From positions 41,237 to 105,236 of the forward strand of contig NIVC01000826.1 of NCBI GenBank assembly GCA_002269645.1: a DNA stretch of 64,000 bases, written 5' to 3'. This document shows, in pieces, positions 12,693 through 24,022 of this stretch (the stretch's first letter is position 1; each line of letters opens with the position of its first letter). Source of the stretch: Macrostomum lignano (lineage: Eukaryota). Position numbers and translations under genes: made by a program. Below the pieces are notes generated by a model that ran no database searches, was not told where the DNA came from, and was given only the letters and a program-made list of their open reading frames with translations.

Positions 12693-13576
12693 GGCTTGCT
12701 GTTGGTTTCTGATCGGCCAGGCTATCGGCATTGGCAACTGTGTTTCAGGCTTTAAATAGCCGGGCCGGCTATCCAGGAAGCATCGAGGTTCCGAAGCTGG
12801 ATTCCGGAACTGCGGATCGGCTCTTTCCTGTGGCAGCTCTGCCGCACATCCGTGATGAAGTCAGCAGAGAGGGCTGTGCTCTACCAGCAAGAATCTTTTT
12901 CAAACATTTTGTAAACGGAAAGAAAGCTGTGAGTTTCAGGGGCTTTAGAGAAAGGCAGGAATCAATGGCTCACCTGGGAAGGAAGCTAACGAAATTCGGG
13001 GCATCACTTCCTACAGTGTTCCAGCTGCTAAGCTCTTGCTAGCGCTGAACCGACTTCAGCGATAAATACGAGCCAAGTAAAGCAAGAACCCTGAAGACGC
13101 CAGAGTTTTTCGCTGATAAAGGGCAAAATTCTTACATTTTTGCCGGATGTTAATGCTGCCTCAGAAGTTTGTTTTTAAAAACTTTCTTACTGGCACTGAG
13201 CCAGCCTAGCAAACTTCCAAGCTGATTTTTTACCGGTTTCTCGGAACACAGCTACGAGTAATTCCCCCGCATGATGCAGAGTATACATGTTAGCGTGTAA
13301 ATGCCTTAGCAATCACAATACAGTATTTTAACAGATTAGACGCAAATCTGTGCCTAAAATGTGACCTCGAATAATAAATAGGAAAATTTGCTTATAATCA
13401 AGTAAACATTCAAAGCTAACCTGACAGAATGGTACTGCAAAGAGGAAGAGCTTGCAAATTTTATTCATAAATTTTCTCAAAATAACATCGTGTGTGTAAA
13501 TAAATAAATTTTATTATACTTCGTTTTCATTGTCACTGTTTTTAAAGTAGGCCAGATCAGTTCTGAACTGCAGCAC

Positions 13577-13834
13577 TCAGCCGTGGTGGAAGCGGTAGTT
13601 TGAATGAGTCGGAGCCCTGCTGTTGCCAGTGATGAACCATTTTCGATCTCTCGGAACAGCATCCAAACCGTCCTCAGTCTCCGCCATAGCGTTCAACAGT
13701 TGCTCCGCGACGGACGTGTCAGCATCGTCGGCATCTAGGATTTCCGGTTCCCCCGACGGCCGGCCCTGGGTCTGGGTAGCAGCGAAGCAGGCGACAGCAA
13801 GCAGAACCAGAGCAAACTGCCTCTTGTTGTTCAT
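13577..13834 (-). CDS. 85-aa secreted peptide precursor (signal peptide, acidic pro-region, RK site, mature WFITGNSRAPTHSNYRFHH plus amidation Gly)
   Basis: Hydrophobic signal FALVLLAVACFAATQTQG, D/E-rich spacer, RDRK cleavage site and terminal Gly before the stop. TATAAATA at 13917-13924 upstream and AATAAA near 13510-13515 downstream, both on the minus strand. Confidence 0.75.
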   Translation of the reverse strand: MNNKRQFALVLLAVACFAATQTQGRPSGEPEILDADDADTSVAEQLLNAMAETEDGLDAVPRDRKWFITGNSRAPTHSNYRFHHG

Positions 13835-15596
13835 GGCGTAGGTGATGTCGGAGTTTCTTCACAATTTCGCGATTCGTGACAAATTTTTTTCTGTCAATTT
13901 TGGCCAAACGCCACCTATTTATATGGCAAGGCGATTCGTCCAGTTTTTCGTGTGTAAACTCAATCACGTTTCTGTCGTGCTTTTCTGCATTCGCGCGCGA
14001 GCCTGGCACTCCAGGACAAAAAAGAAGCGATTAATTCCTTGCCTGCATCAGAAAATCAACAGACTTGGCCAAGCACACATTTGCTTTGGTGCTGAGCGCA
14101 AATAAACAGACTCTCTTATGCAGAGCATGAGCAAACATTTTTGTCAATGGCTTCAGTTTGCGCTCATTTCACATTCTCATCAAGTATCGAAGTTTGTATT
14201 TAGCCACTCCAACAATTAACACGTAAACTTGTCTCTCGCCAAGAGTAATTTTCTCAGTCTCATTCTTCTCAAGGAAAGTGTAACTTGTCCGGCCATGGAG
14301 GCTGTGAGTGCATTTGAGATACACGAACTACATTTATAGTAATCTCAAACAGAGTTTACAGGCTAGCAGCTGCAAGCTGCAAATCCAATGGTAAAAATTA
14401 ACTTGATGACGCATCACCAACTCTACTCCTAAGCAATCGTCTTAAGGAAAATAAACTCTTCGAACGAGGCTGAATTGAGGGTTAGTCGTGAAGATCCTTC
14501 ATCTATAATATACACGTAGGAGTTTGATAGCCAGTGAAATAGAACTCACTTTCACTTGCATGTACGCGTTGGCTCATCAAGTGGGAAATAACGAGGTCAG
14601 TGCTATATAAAAACTTTTGCAGTGACCTGGACTTTTGGGCTGGACACCCCTTGAAGGCTCAAATGCAGATTTTAAAAGATGGAGTTTGAATGTCCAGCGT
14701 CGTAGATTGTTCTCCAAAGAGGATCGAAAAACATCAGGGAAAATCTATTCCAACAAGCCCAAGCCGTGCTCCATCTCAGAGGCTGCGGCCTCGCACTGTC
14801 GTCACTTGACGGATGAGGAAGTGCGTCTGGGACGAAGTTCCCGGCAGTCGTTTCTCCTGCCTGGCCGTACCTGAATTTAGTTGAAAGACTCGAATTATAT
14901 TTTTGCTGGTCTTGTGCGTAACGTGGTGCCATAAATACCACCCAACGCAAGCTGCTTGAGATGATGATCGGAATTGCAGAGCAGCACGTAAGTTCAGCTC
15001 CTACCTGCCGGCTGTCTGCCAGAGTCCTTAGGTTGCTAGCCCTGGTTGCTTTCATAGTTGAGGGTCGAGAAAGCTAGGGAATTTACATTGCAAACTTAGA
15101 GGTCGTGGATTCCCAATTAGGTCCGTTAACCAAAGGGTTCAGACAGGGAGAACTAGAGGCTTGAGAGAAGAGGATGACGGAAAAAAATAATTGAGGACTC
15201 TGCTACATCCGGGGTCGGAGGCTGGCAACGCAGGTGTTCGAAATTGTTCAAACTGCACACAGAAGTCACTGCGCAAGAACTTTCAAATAATACAAAGATT
15301 CCGGTCTTTCGACGATATAAAATCTCGAGTACATACCGGTATAAATCACCCCCCTACTCCCCACAACAACAAAAACTATACACACACGCGTGCAAACTGT
15401 GCCAGATTTGTTGGGGAGACCGGTTTTCGTTGAACGAAGTTTTTGTTGCGATACGGAGTCCTCTCTATCTGTTCATAAGAATTTTTGTGATGAGGATCGA
15501 CAGACTTTCAGCTCTGATTTTGCTAAATTCGATCGCATACCTACCTTGATACATGTAGATCGATAGATACCTACCTACCGACAAACCATTTTTTTA

Positions 15597-17394
15597 TGTA
15601 ACCGCCCTTGTCGCCTGTCCGCTCCGTTGAGAGACGAACGCATGACTAGAGGGGGCAATGATCGTAGGCTGCCTATGACCGGGCAATGACCTGACGGACC
15701 TCCAGCACCAGACTGTCCCGCCCACATGATTGATAGCTTTGGTAGCGCTTCGTGACCAGAGGGCCAAGGACCCACATGGACCCCACCTGTAGCCAAGGTG
15801 CAATAGTTGGTCACTCGGTCATAGTATGACCGAGTGGCTGCCACCACTCTATGTGACCTGGCGCACCTGGATCTTTCTACCAGACCTCTCGAGGCTAGAG
15901 CCCCACCTGGGATGGTTACCAGGAGATTTAGGCTAACAGGGGAGACACATGCAGGCGAGTACAGGGACTCTGCTTGGGGCATGATCGGGAACTCTGGGCT
16001 CAATCTGGAGGATTTCTCAGCAGGGGATCCTTTGTGGCTGTGAGCGAGGCTGACTTGCGACTTTGATTACTAAAGTAGTATGAGGCGAACATGTACTGTC
16101 TATAGTTTAGATTAAATTAGTAACAGGAACTTACCGGCAGCTGCACAGAGAGAGAGAGACGGAGTGACCGAGGGCGGCTGTAGGCTGCAGTCAGGCAGGC
16201 AGTGAAGCGGCGATGCGCTGAAGCAACTAGGCGCTGGTGTAGATCAGGCGATGCTGATGATGCTGGGCGGTATCAGACCGCTGGCCGATAGGTGAGCTCG
16301 CTTGGGGAGCTGAAGATAACTTGGCGGTAACAGACCGCGGACCGGCAGGGGTTCGTCTTATAGACGGGAAGGTCAGAGCAGTGTCTGACCGCAAGTCCAA
16401 AGACGGACGAGGAGACGAACAGGGAAAATACTGAGGATTCTGGTGCCGAAAACCGCTTCCTTATATAGTCTTCCCAGCCGCCGCTCCAAGGTCGTTTCCA
16501 TGACTCCCTCTCTCTGATTGGCTGCCGGCAGAATGACGTCAGAATGAGTCATGATGAGAAGCATGAGACGGCATAGCAACATGAGAAATGGGGGAATTGC
16601 GCATTTCGGAGGTGGGGTGGGGGATAATTGGCGCAGCGGGAGGTCGCAAAAGTGTTGCGCAAGCCAACATTGAGAACAATGGGGCTGGGGTCGAGAACAA
16701 AGGAACTGGAAATCGGGGACAATTGGGGAGAATCGAGAACAATAGAAAAGCAAACATTGGGGAAAAGGTGATAATTAGGTGCGAAAACGAGAACAATAGA
16801 AAGAGAAAATCGGAGAAAATGTGATAATTGGTGGGGGGTAAAGAGAACAAAAGAATCAAAAACGAGAACAATAGAAGCGGAGGTGGGGTGGGTGTCGCAT
16901 GAGAAATTTGGGGAGGAGAACAATGGCATGAGAAAAGGTTCGCAAGAGAGGGGGGTGAGTCATCGATGAGTCATCGAGGGGAAGAGGGGATCACACGACT
17001 TGCGTCACCGTTTGGAAGTTTGAGAAGGGATGGGGAACGGGGAGCACACAGAATACTGTAAGTAGACACAGGGAAAGAGGGGACAGTGCAGGAAAATAGT
17101 GCGAAAAGGGGCCAAAAGAGGGGAGACAGGAAGAGTACATAAAGAATAGGGAGGCGCGCAGGGGAGATAGGGTAGAGGGGGAGGTACAAAGAGGGAGGGG
17201 GAAGCTCCGGAAAGGCAAGTGTGGCGGCAGGAGAGACGGAGCCAAGGCAGCAGGGGGTGCAGCAGAGCGAGAGTCTCCAGGCCTGGTCGAAGACCTGGCC
17301 GAGTCTCAACAGCTCTGTGCAGGGGGTGCACGGCGATAGAAGGCACTTTCGAAAAAGTTCCCCTGCCCTATCCCGCGACCAGAGCGTGGTTACA
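15597..17394 (-). mobile_element. Probable solo LTR (about 1.8 kb)
   Basis: TG...CA termini with imperfect inverted ends (TGTAACCGCCCTTGTCGC vs TGTAACCACGCTCTGGTCGC) and an internal U3-like promoter. No clear TSD. Confidence 0.55.
16461..16551 (-). promoter_or_regulatory. Compact promoter: AP-1 (16545-16551), CRE TGACGTCA (16534-16541), CCAAT (16517-16521), TATATAA (16461-16467); two more AP-1 sites near 16957-16975
   Basis: Consensus motifs read directly, in canonical order for leftward transcription. A GTAAGT donor lies near 16128-16133. Confidence 0.65.
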
Positions 17395-18197
17395 TCATTT
17401 TCAGCTAATCTCGTCCGATAATTTATTTCTTACTATTTGATTCCCAAAAAATGCGAGAGCTCAGATGAGCAGCTAAGCTGAAGGCGGGGGCTGCAGTGGA
17501 CCGAATGGCCAAACATGAGTGCCGTAGTCGATCAATGAATCAATAATTTTGAATCAGAATTCAAGCTGCTGCAGTCATATCATGTTCTTCATCAGTGCTG
17601 ATTCACATGCGTTAGAGGGACAAAGGACGTAGTGTATTATATTAGTATATTTGGCATTGATTGAAGTCATTTAATTTATAAATAGTCAGCGCCAGAAAAA
17701 TATCCTATATACCTTAGGTATATAGACGTCGACTATATAATGACGAGGGACGACTCACCCCTGCAGAGGAGCGCAGAGAGGATAAAATGTACGGAGCCGC
17801 CTGCACAAGAACACGTGCTTAATTGTTAAAGGAATAAGAGAACAAATTAAACAAAAACCACAAACCGGCCACAGGGCCGAAAAAGTCACTCGAAAAAACG
17901 GCCATGCATACACCAAAAGTAAAATTTTTTACTGTGCATTAATTTGGCAAGAAAGAATATCGAATTTTCCTAATTTTTTGAGCGAAAAGTTTTATGAATA
18001 TCGATAGAGCAATAAGAAAGGCACAACATATCAAAAGATGAGCACTGGATCTGCCTCCTATCAAAAGCAATAACAATTTTTGTGCTGAAAAAATAAAAAC
18101 TTCCAATCTCCGTATTTTTCGGAAAAAACTTGCCTTCCAAATTTTTCTAAGAAACGAGCTGGTTTCGGAACCGTCCTTCTACTTAAGTCGTCCTTGA

Positions 18198-19390
18198 ATG
18201 AATCGTGCAGTATATTTACACGAAATAGAATATAAATTCGAAATTCGAATGAATCGTGTAGTATATTTACACGAAATAGAATATAAATTCGAAATTCGAA
18301 TGAATCGTGTAGTATATTTACACGAAATAGAATATAAATTCGAAAGTCGAATGAATCGTGCAGTATATTTACACGAAATAGAATATAAATTCGAAAGTCG
18401 AATGAATCGTGCAGTATATTTACACGAAATAGAATATAAATTCGAAAGTCGAATGAATCGTGCAGTATATTTACACGAAATAGAATATAAATTCGAAAGT
18501 CGAATGAATCGTGCAGTATATTTACACGAAATAGAATATAAATTCGAAAGTCGAATGAATCGTGCAGTATATTTACACGAAATAGAATATAAATTCGAAA
18601 GTCGAATGAATCGTGCAGTATATTTACACGAAATAGAATATAAATTCGAAAGTCGAATGAATCGTGCAGTATATTTACACGAAATAGAATATAAATTCGA
18701 AAGTCGAATGAATCGTGCAGTATATTTACACGAAATAGAATATAAATTCGAAAGTCGAATGAATCGTGTAGTATATTTACACGAAATAGAATATAAATTC
18801 GAAAGTCGAATGAATCGTGCAGTATATTTACACGAAATAGAATATAAATTCGAAAGTCGAATGAATCGTGCAGTATATTTACACGAAATAGAATATAAAT
18901 TCGAAAGTCGAATGAATCGTGCAGTATATTTACACGAAATAGAATATAAATTCGAAAGTCGAATGAATCGTGCAGTATATTTACACGAAATAGAATATAA
19001 ATTCGAAAGTCGAATGAATCGTGCAGTATATTTACACGAAATAGAATATAAATTCGAAAGTCGAATGAATCGTGCAGTATATTTACACGAAATAGAATAT
19101 AAATTCGAAAGTCGAATGAATCGTGCAGTATATTTACACGAAATAGAATATAAATTCGAAAGTCGAATGATTCGTGCAGTATATTTACACGAAATAGAAT
19201 ATAAATTCGAAAGTCGAATGAATCGTGTAGTATATTTACACGAAATAGAATATAAATTCGAAAGTCGAATGAATCGTGTAGTATATTTACACGAAATAGA
19301 ATATAAATTCGAAAGTCGAATGAATCGTGTAGTATATTTACACGAAATAGAATATAAATTCGAAAGTCGAATGAATCGTGTAGTATATTG
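18198..19390 (+). repeat. 51-bp AT-rich minisatellite (ATGAATCGTGCAGTATATTTACACGAAATAGAATATAAATTCGAAAGTCGA), about 23 copies
   Basis: Near-perfect tandem copies. The 400-aa ORF is an artefact of the unit length being divisible by 3. Confidence 0.97.
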
Positions 19391-21445
19391 TGACGAATAA
19401 ATTGGCGGGAAGACGGTTTGTGTAGCGGTTAATTGGATAGTTCACGATTTAGATTTAGCAGATCGGCAAGCCGCTTTCACCCTTAGCGTTACTTTGAATC
19501 GTTATGCCTTGCAAAGATCGGGATTCAGTTGATTGGTTGGTGGGTTGGTGAATTGTAAAATTGTAGAACACTGTCACACTAAAATATAAAATTCTGCTAC
19601 ATGTATACGTACCTGTGCACGCGTATATTCCATTTATTTTCGACACCGAAAATGTTTTAAATTCATGCATTTTTCAGCTCCAAGCAGAAAGAGGGGACAA
19701 TTAAGATTATCAAAGGTCAAGATTCAAGTTTTCTGCTTTTTTGAGGATCTTAGAAATTAAAATTTCAAAATTAAAATAGCCTATAGCCGACCTCGGATAA
19801 TTTCCAATCTTCCCATATAAGTTTCAACGCTGAGTTGCCACTATTCAAGGAGGAGTTGTCGTAATGACAGACAAACAACACGTGAACTTTAGTATATGTA
19901 GAGAAGAAGAGATAGAAAGATAGAAGAGAAGACTCAAATTTAGAAACTTTTAAGGTAAGCCTAAGACATTCTCCGTAGTGAGTTTAGGGTGGGTGCAAAA
20001 TTTGGTGTAATTTGGTTGAGCAGGTTGGAGTCCATAGCGATCAAAATTGTACACAGACAGAGTTTTGATTTTTATATGTAGAGAAGAGATATAAGACCAG
20101 AATCGTAGATTATGGATTAATTGGAATCATTAACGACGTTAAACTTGAGCACAGTAATTAAAAGCAAAAAAATCTGTCAAATAATATCAAATGCATGACT
20201 GAATACAAATTTCGAAGCAACCCAGCAAATCAAGTTATTCATAAAGCCAATGAGCTGAGGCGTGCCATTATACTGTTTTTTTCAGGCACAGGACAGGTGC
20301 CATTGTACGTAGAATAAGAAATAAAAGAATCCTAATTTTCTGAACGAAACGCTTTATGAATATCAATAGAGCTATAAAGAAAGGTACAGCATATTAAAAT
20401 ATGAACATTAGATCTGCCTCCTTCTGTAACATCAAAAGCAACAACAATTTTTGTGCTGAAAAAAATGAGAACTTCCTATCCACTAGTCTATTTTTCTGCT
20501 AAAAGTGGCTGTGACGTTGTCAGTTTAAGGTGGTCCCGAAAAGGGCCGTTGGACTGCTGTTTCTCTATAGTTTCAACCCTTCAGTTTCACCGTTTCAACT
20601 AAACTTTTCTATTTGTTTATTGCGACGTTTACTTGTAGTAGTGCCCAACGATTTTGTGGCAATTTCTAATTCACTGTATATTTTACTATCCTCTCTCGCG
20701 ACCGTATAAAATTGGCACGATCGATAATTTCAAGTTCTCTCGCCAGCCAATGAAAACTCTCCGTGTTTTGCGCTTCCCCCTCTGCGCTCCTTTATTAAAC
20801 CCCCCGCCTGGCGGCAGGCACTCCTCACTCCCTGCTCGTCCCTGTTCTTGTGTTCTGTGTTCTCTCTCCTTAGGCTTGCCTCCGTCCCGTCTGGCTTGCC
20901 TAGCCTTGTCTAGCCTTGTTTTCCTTCTCTCTGTCTGGCTGCCTCGAGCCTCCTTACCTCACGCCACGGCTGACGCCAACTTCGCCACTGCTCATCCGCC
21001 TGCCTACTACGTCTCACTGCCTTCACTGTACTCATTGCCATTGATCATCACGTTACGTCGCCATTATATCACTCGTCTGTCGCTTGAACTCACATCCAAT
21101 TTACCTTAAAAGAAACCATTGTTGCAGCCGCCAGTGCCCAGAAAGCAATAGTTTGTTATTTGCCAGTAACAACCAAACTTACTATTTACATTGATAATAA
21201 AAACGACTACGGCAGTTCCCTGCCCTTATTGCCAAGTGCTCCGCTACACCATCCACTTCGCCTAAGTTGACTTCAACTTATTTTGGGACTAAAACGGCCC
21301 TTTTAAGGGTCACGGCCAACATCAAATAACGTGACAGTGGCCTTCAAAACATTTTCCATAGCTTTCTAGTGTTGCGTCCTTCTACTTTAGTAGTCCTTGA
21401 CTCAAATATTTTGAATACCGAATTCTAACCTCTGTCAGGTTTGAC

Positions 21446-22046
21446 CCTCAGTTTGAGCAAAGCATCTCCCAGATCCTCAGTTTGAGCAAAGCATCTCCCA
21501 GATCCTCAGTTTGAGCAAAGCATCATCTCCCAGATCCTCAGTTTGAGCAAAGCATCTCCCAGATCCTCAGTTTGAGCAAAGCATCTCCCAGATCCTCAGT
21601 TTGAGCAAAGCATCTCCCAGATCCTCAGTTTGAACAAAGCATCTCCCAGATCCTCAGTTTGAGCAAAGCATCTCCCAGATCCTCAGTTTGAGCAAAGCAT
21701 CATCTCCCAGATCCTCAGTTTGAGCAAAGCATCTCCCAGATCCTCAGTTTGAGCAAAGCATCTCCCAGATCCTCAGTTTGAGCAAAGCATCTCCCAGATC
21801 CTCAGTTTGAACAAAGCATCTCCCAGATCCTCAGTTTGAGCAAAGCATCTCCCAGATCCTCAGTTTGAGCAAAGCATCTCCCAGATCCTCAGTTTGAGCA
21901 AAGCATCTCCCAGATCCTCAGTTTGAGTAAAGCATCTCCCAGATCCTCAGTTTGAGCAAAGCATCTCCCAGATCCTCAGTTTGAACAAAGCATCTCCCAG
22001 ATCCTCAGTTTGAGCAAAGCATCTCCCAGATGCTCAGTTTAAGCAA
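21446..22046 (+). repeat. 29-bp minisatellite (CCTCAGTTTGAGCAAAGCATCTCCCAGAT), about 20 copies
   Basis: Direct tandem copies, some with an extra CAT. Confidence 0.95.
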
Positions 22047-22188
22047 AAAAATGACAGGAAGAGGAGCATCCTGCACACCAAACGAAGTCATTTTGGATAA
22101 TTTTAATTCCTTGCTTTGGCAAACAGAAGATTTTGCATCAACTACACAGAGTTATTCGTGTTAGACGTAATTTTTGGTTTCACACCTG

Positions 22189-23231
22189 TCAGATAATGAG
22201 CATTTCGAACTCCATCAGCGAGTAGTAGAATCCGTAGTAGTATTTCCATATGATGCCGTGACCAAACGGACCACCGATGGCGTCAGTGAAGTTCTTGTAC
22301 ACCCCGTTCGGGTGCGTGCTGTAGCAGCCTTGGAACCACCAGCCCCCGGAATAGTTCTCAGCGCAGCTGCTTGAAGAGTCGTCGTGATCGGCGTCCATCG
22401 TGCTGAACTGGCTGCCGGCAGAGTAGGACAGGCTGTCGCCGATGCCGTCGCTGCCCGAGTAGCCCAGCACCTGCAGCCGGTAGTTGTCCGACTCGGGACC
22501 CACGGAGAAGCTGGAGTACTCGGCCCAGTGCTCAGAGTCGTTCCACGCCTTCATCAGGATCCTCAGCTTCCGAGGACCAGAAGCAGTGAGAGCGTGGAGA
22601 GAGTTCAGGCCTGGGTAGACGCGGACGTCATGGCGGTGTTTGTCATTGAAGTCCGAGTTGGAAAAGAAGCGAATGGAGCAGATCTGGGATGCACTCACCG
22701 ATCCAGTAGTTTCCGTCGGGTCCCTCGCCGAACTCGCTCTGGTACTGAGTCCAGTTGCGGTAAAAGTCCACTGAGCCGGACACCCTGTGCTGCACGGTGG
22801 TCCAGCAGTCACTGCCGGCTGTCTGCAAGGTGACACAACAGGTGTGTCAGCTTTTATGCTCTGCGTTAAAGCGTGGCTGTGATGCTGACAAGTCTTGCGG
22901 TATGACTCACCCACACTCGCTGAGCTCCCTTGTTCGCATTGCGGCACTTCCTGCAGTGGCTCAGGCCGAGTCGGCACCTGAAGAGAGCGCACAGGCCGGA
23001 GCTGGCGTTGAACGCGACCAGCTGCACAGCGGAGTCGCTGTTGGCATGCACCGCGCATTCAGAGTCGCTTCGGACAGGCAGCGACCTCACGGCCTCGTAG
23101 TCGGAGAGGCTCTCGAGACTCGACCACCACGGTCGTCCAGAGGAGAAGGCGGCAACGGCTTCGGTCACGTGATGCGGGACTGCAGCGAGCAGCAGCAGCA
23201 GAGCCACTTGACGAGCGGGTTGGAGCTGCAT
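22189..23231 (-). CDS. Secreted FReD-3, about 288 aa; exons 23231-22911, 22822-22699, 22610-22189
   Basis: Signal [19 protein letters not shown]. Exon 2 [37 protein letters not shown]. Exon 3 FSTMDADHD...[21 protein letters not shown]...[11 protein letters not shown]. Confidence 0.92.
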
Positions 23232-24022
23232 TTGATCTGAATATGGAATAGTGGGTGAAAGCCGTCGCCTCAGTGCGGGTTTCACCTGCTGGTTTTCAAC
23301 CTCATTATCGAAGAAAGAAGGCAGATGGGAGACAGCGAATGAAGAGGGGAAGGAGAAGGCGGAGGCACATCTCATGGCCAGGAGTGCTTAACAGACTCAC
23401 CAGTTAAGCTGACTCCTCTGTAATGTCTCCTAATTCGGAAAATTCAGTCCGCAGTCACACAGGAGGCAGGAGCTGCAAGCCAATTATGTAAGTCCCGAGT
23501 CAGAAATTTGCAACAGCTGTGGTTGCCATGACAATCAGGCAGCTCTAGCTTTCAACAGGGGATGCCTCTCTCAGAGGCGGTGGGGATGGCCTTGCAGCTG
23601 ACTGCAGCTCATTAATTTCTGGGTTTGAAGGCACTGGAGCCGGCTGGCTTGGATGGCGGAGGCGCAGCTGATGGCGGCAGAGGCCCACCTCCCTTCCTGC
23701 CGCACTGCGCAGGCGGCCTGTTGCAGCGCCGGCCATGATGCAGGCGTTACCTTGAAAACTGGAACCTGAATAAGAAGCCGCTTTTGTTTACCAATTGAGG
23801 TCTGCTTTTTTGCGACTCTTCTCTGACTAGTCTAAGATGCTCATAAAATTGTAATGAGACACTAGTTTAGCCTATTCAGCTGCCTTCCACTTCAGAAGGC
23901 CAAAAAAGGAAGGCCCCAGACGGAAGAAAGGAAAAAGGTAGCTACCAGGCCAGGTAGAGACCAGCCTAGCCATAAACACGGCAGAATCTGGTCTGGAGAG
24001 TGTACACAGATTCGATATTCTC

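Noticed and set aside
14672-16003. ORFs 14672-15055 and 15575-16003 as genes
   Set aside because: No recognisable domain or signal peptide. The second lies inside the LTR-like element.
18198-19400. 400-aa repetitive ORF (MNRAVYLHEIEYKFESR)n
   Set aside because: It is the translation of a 51-bp minisatellite whose unit is divisible by 3. There are no splice, promoter or domain signals.
19680-20100. Possible Helentron/DINE-like remnant (GACAGACA...TTTAGTATATGTAGAGAAG, repeated near 20070)
   Set aside because: The resemblance is only impressionistic, and I could not define the termini or subterminal repeats.
22611-22698. Read-through of FReD intron 2, suggested by ORFs 22189-23058, 24198-24734 and 27454-27960
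   Set aside because: The intron is 88 bp, not a multiple of 3, and the upstream part of those ORFs is out of frame with exon 2. Normal splicing explains the protein.
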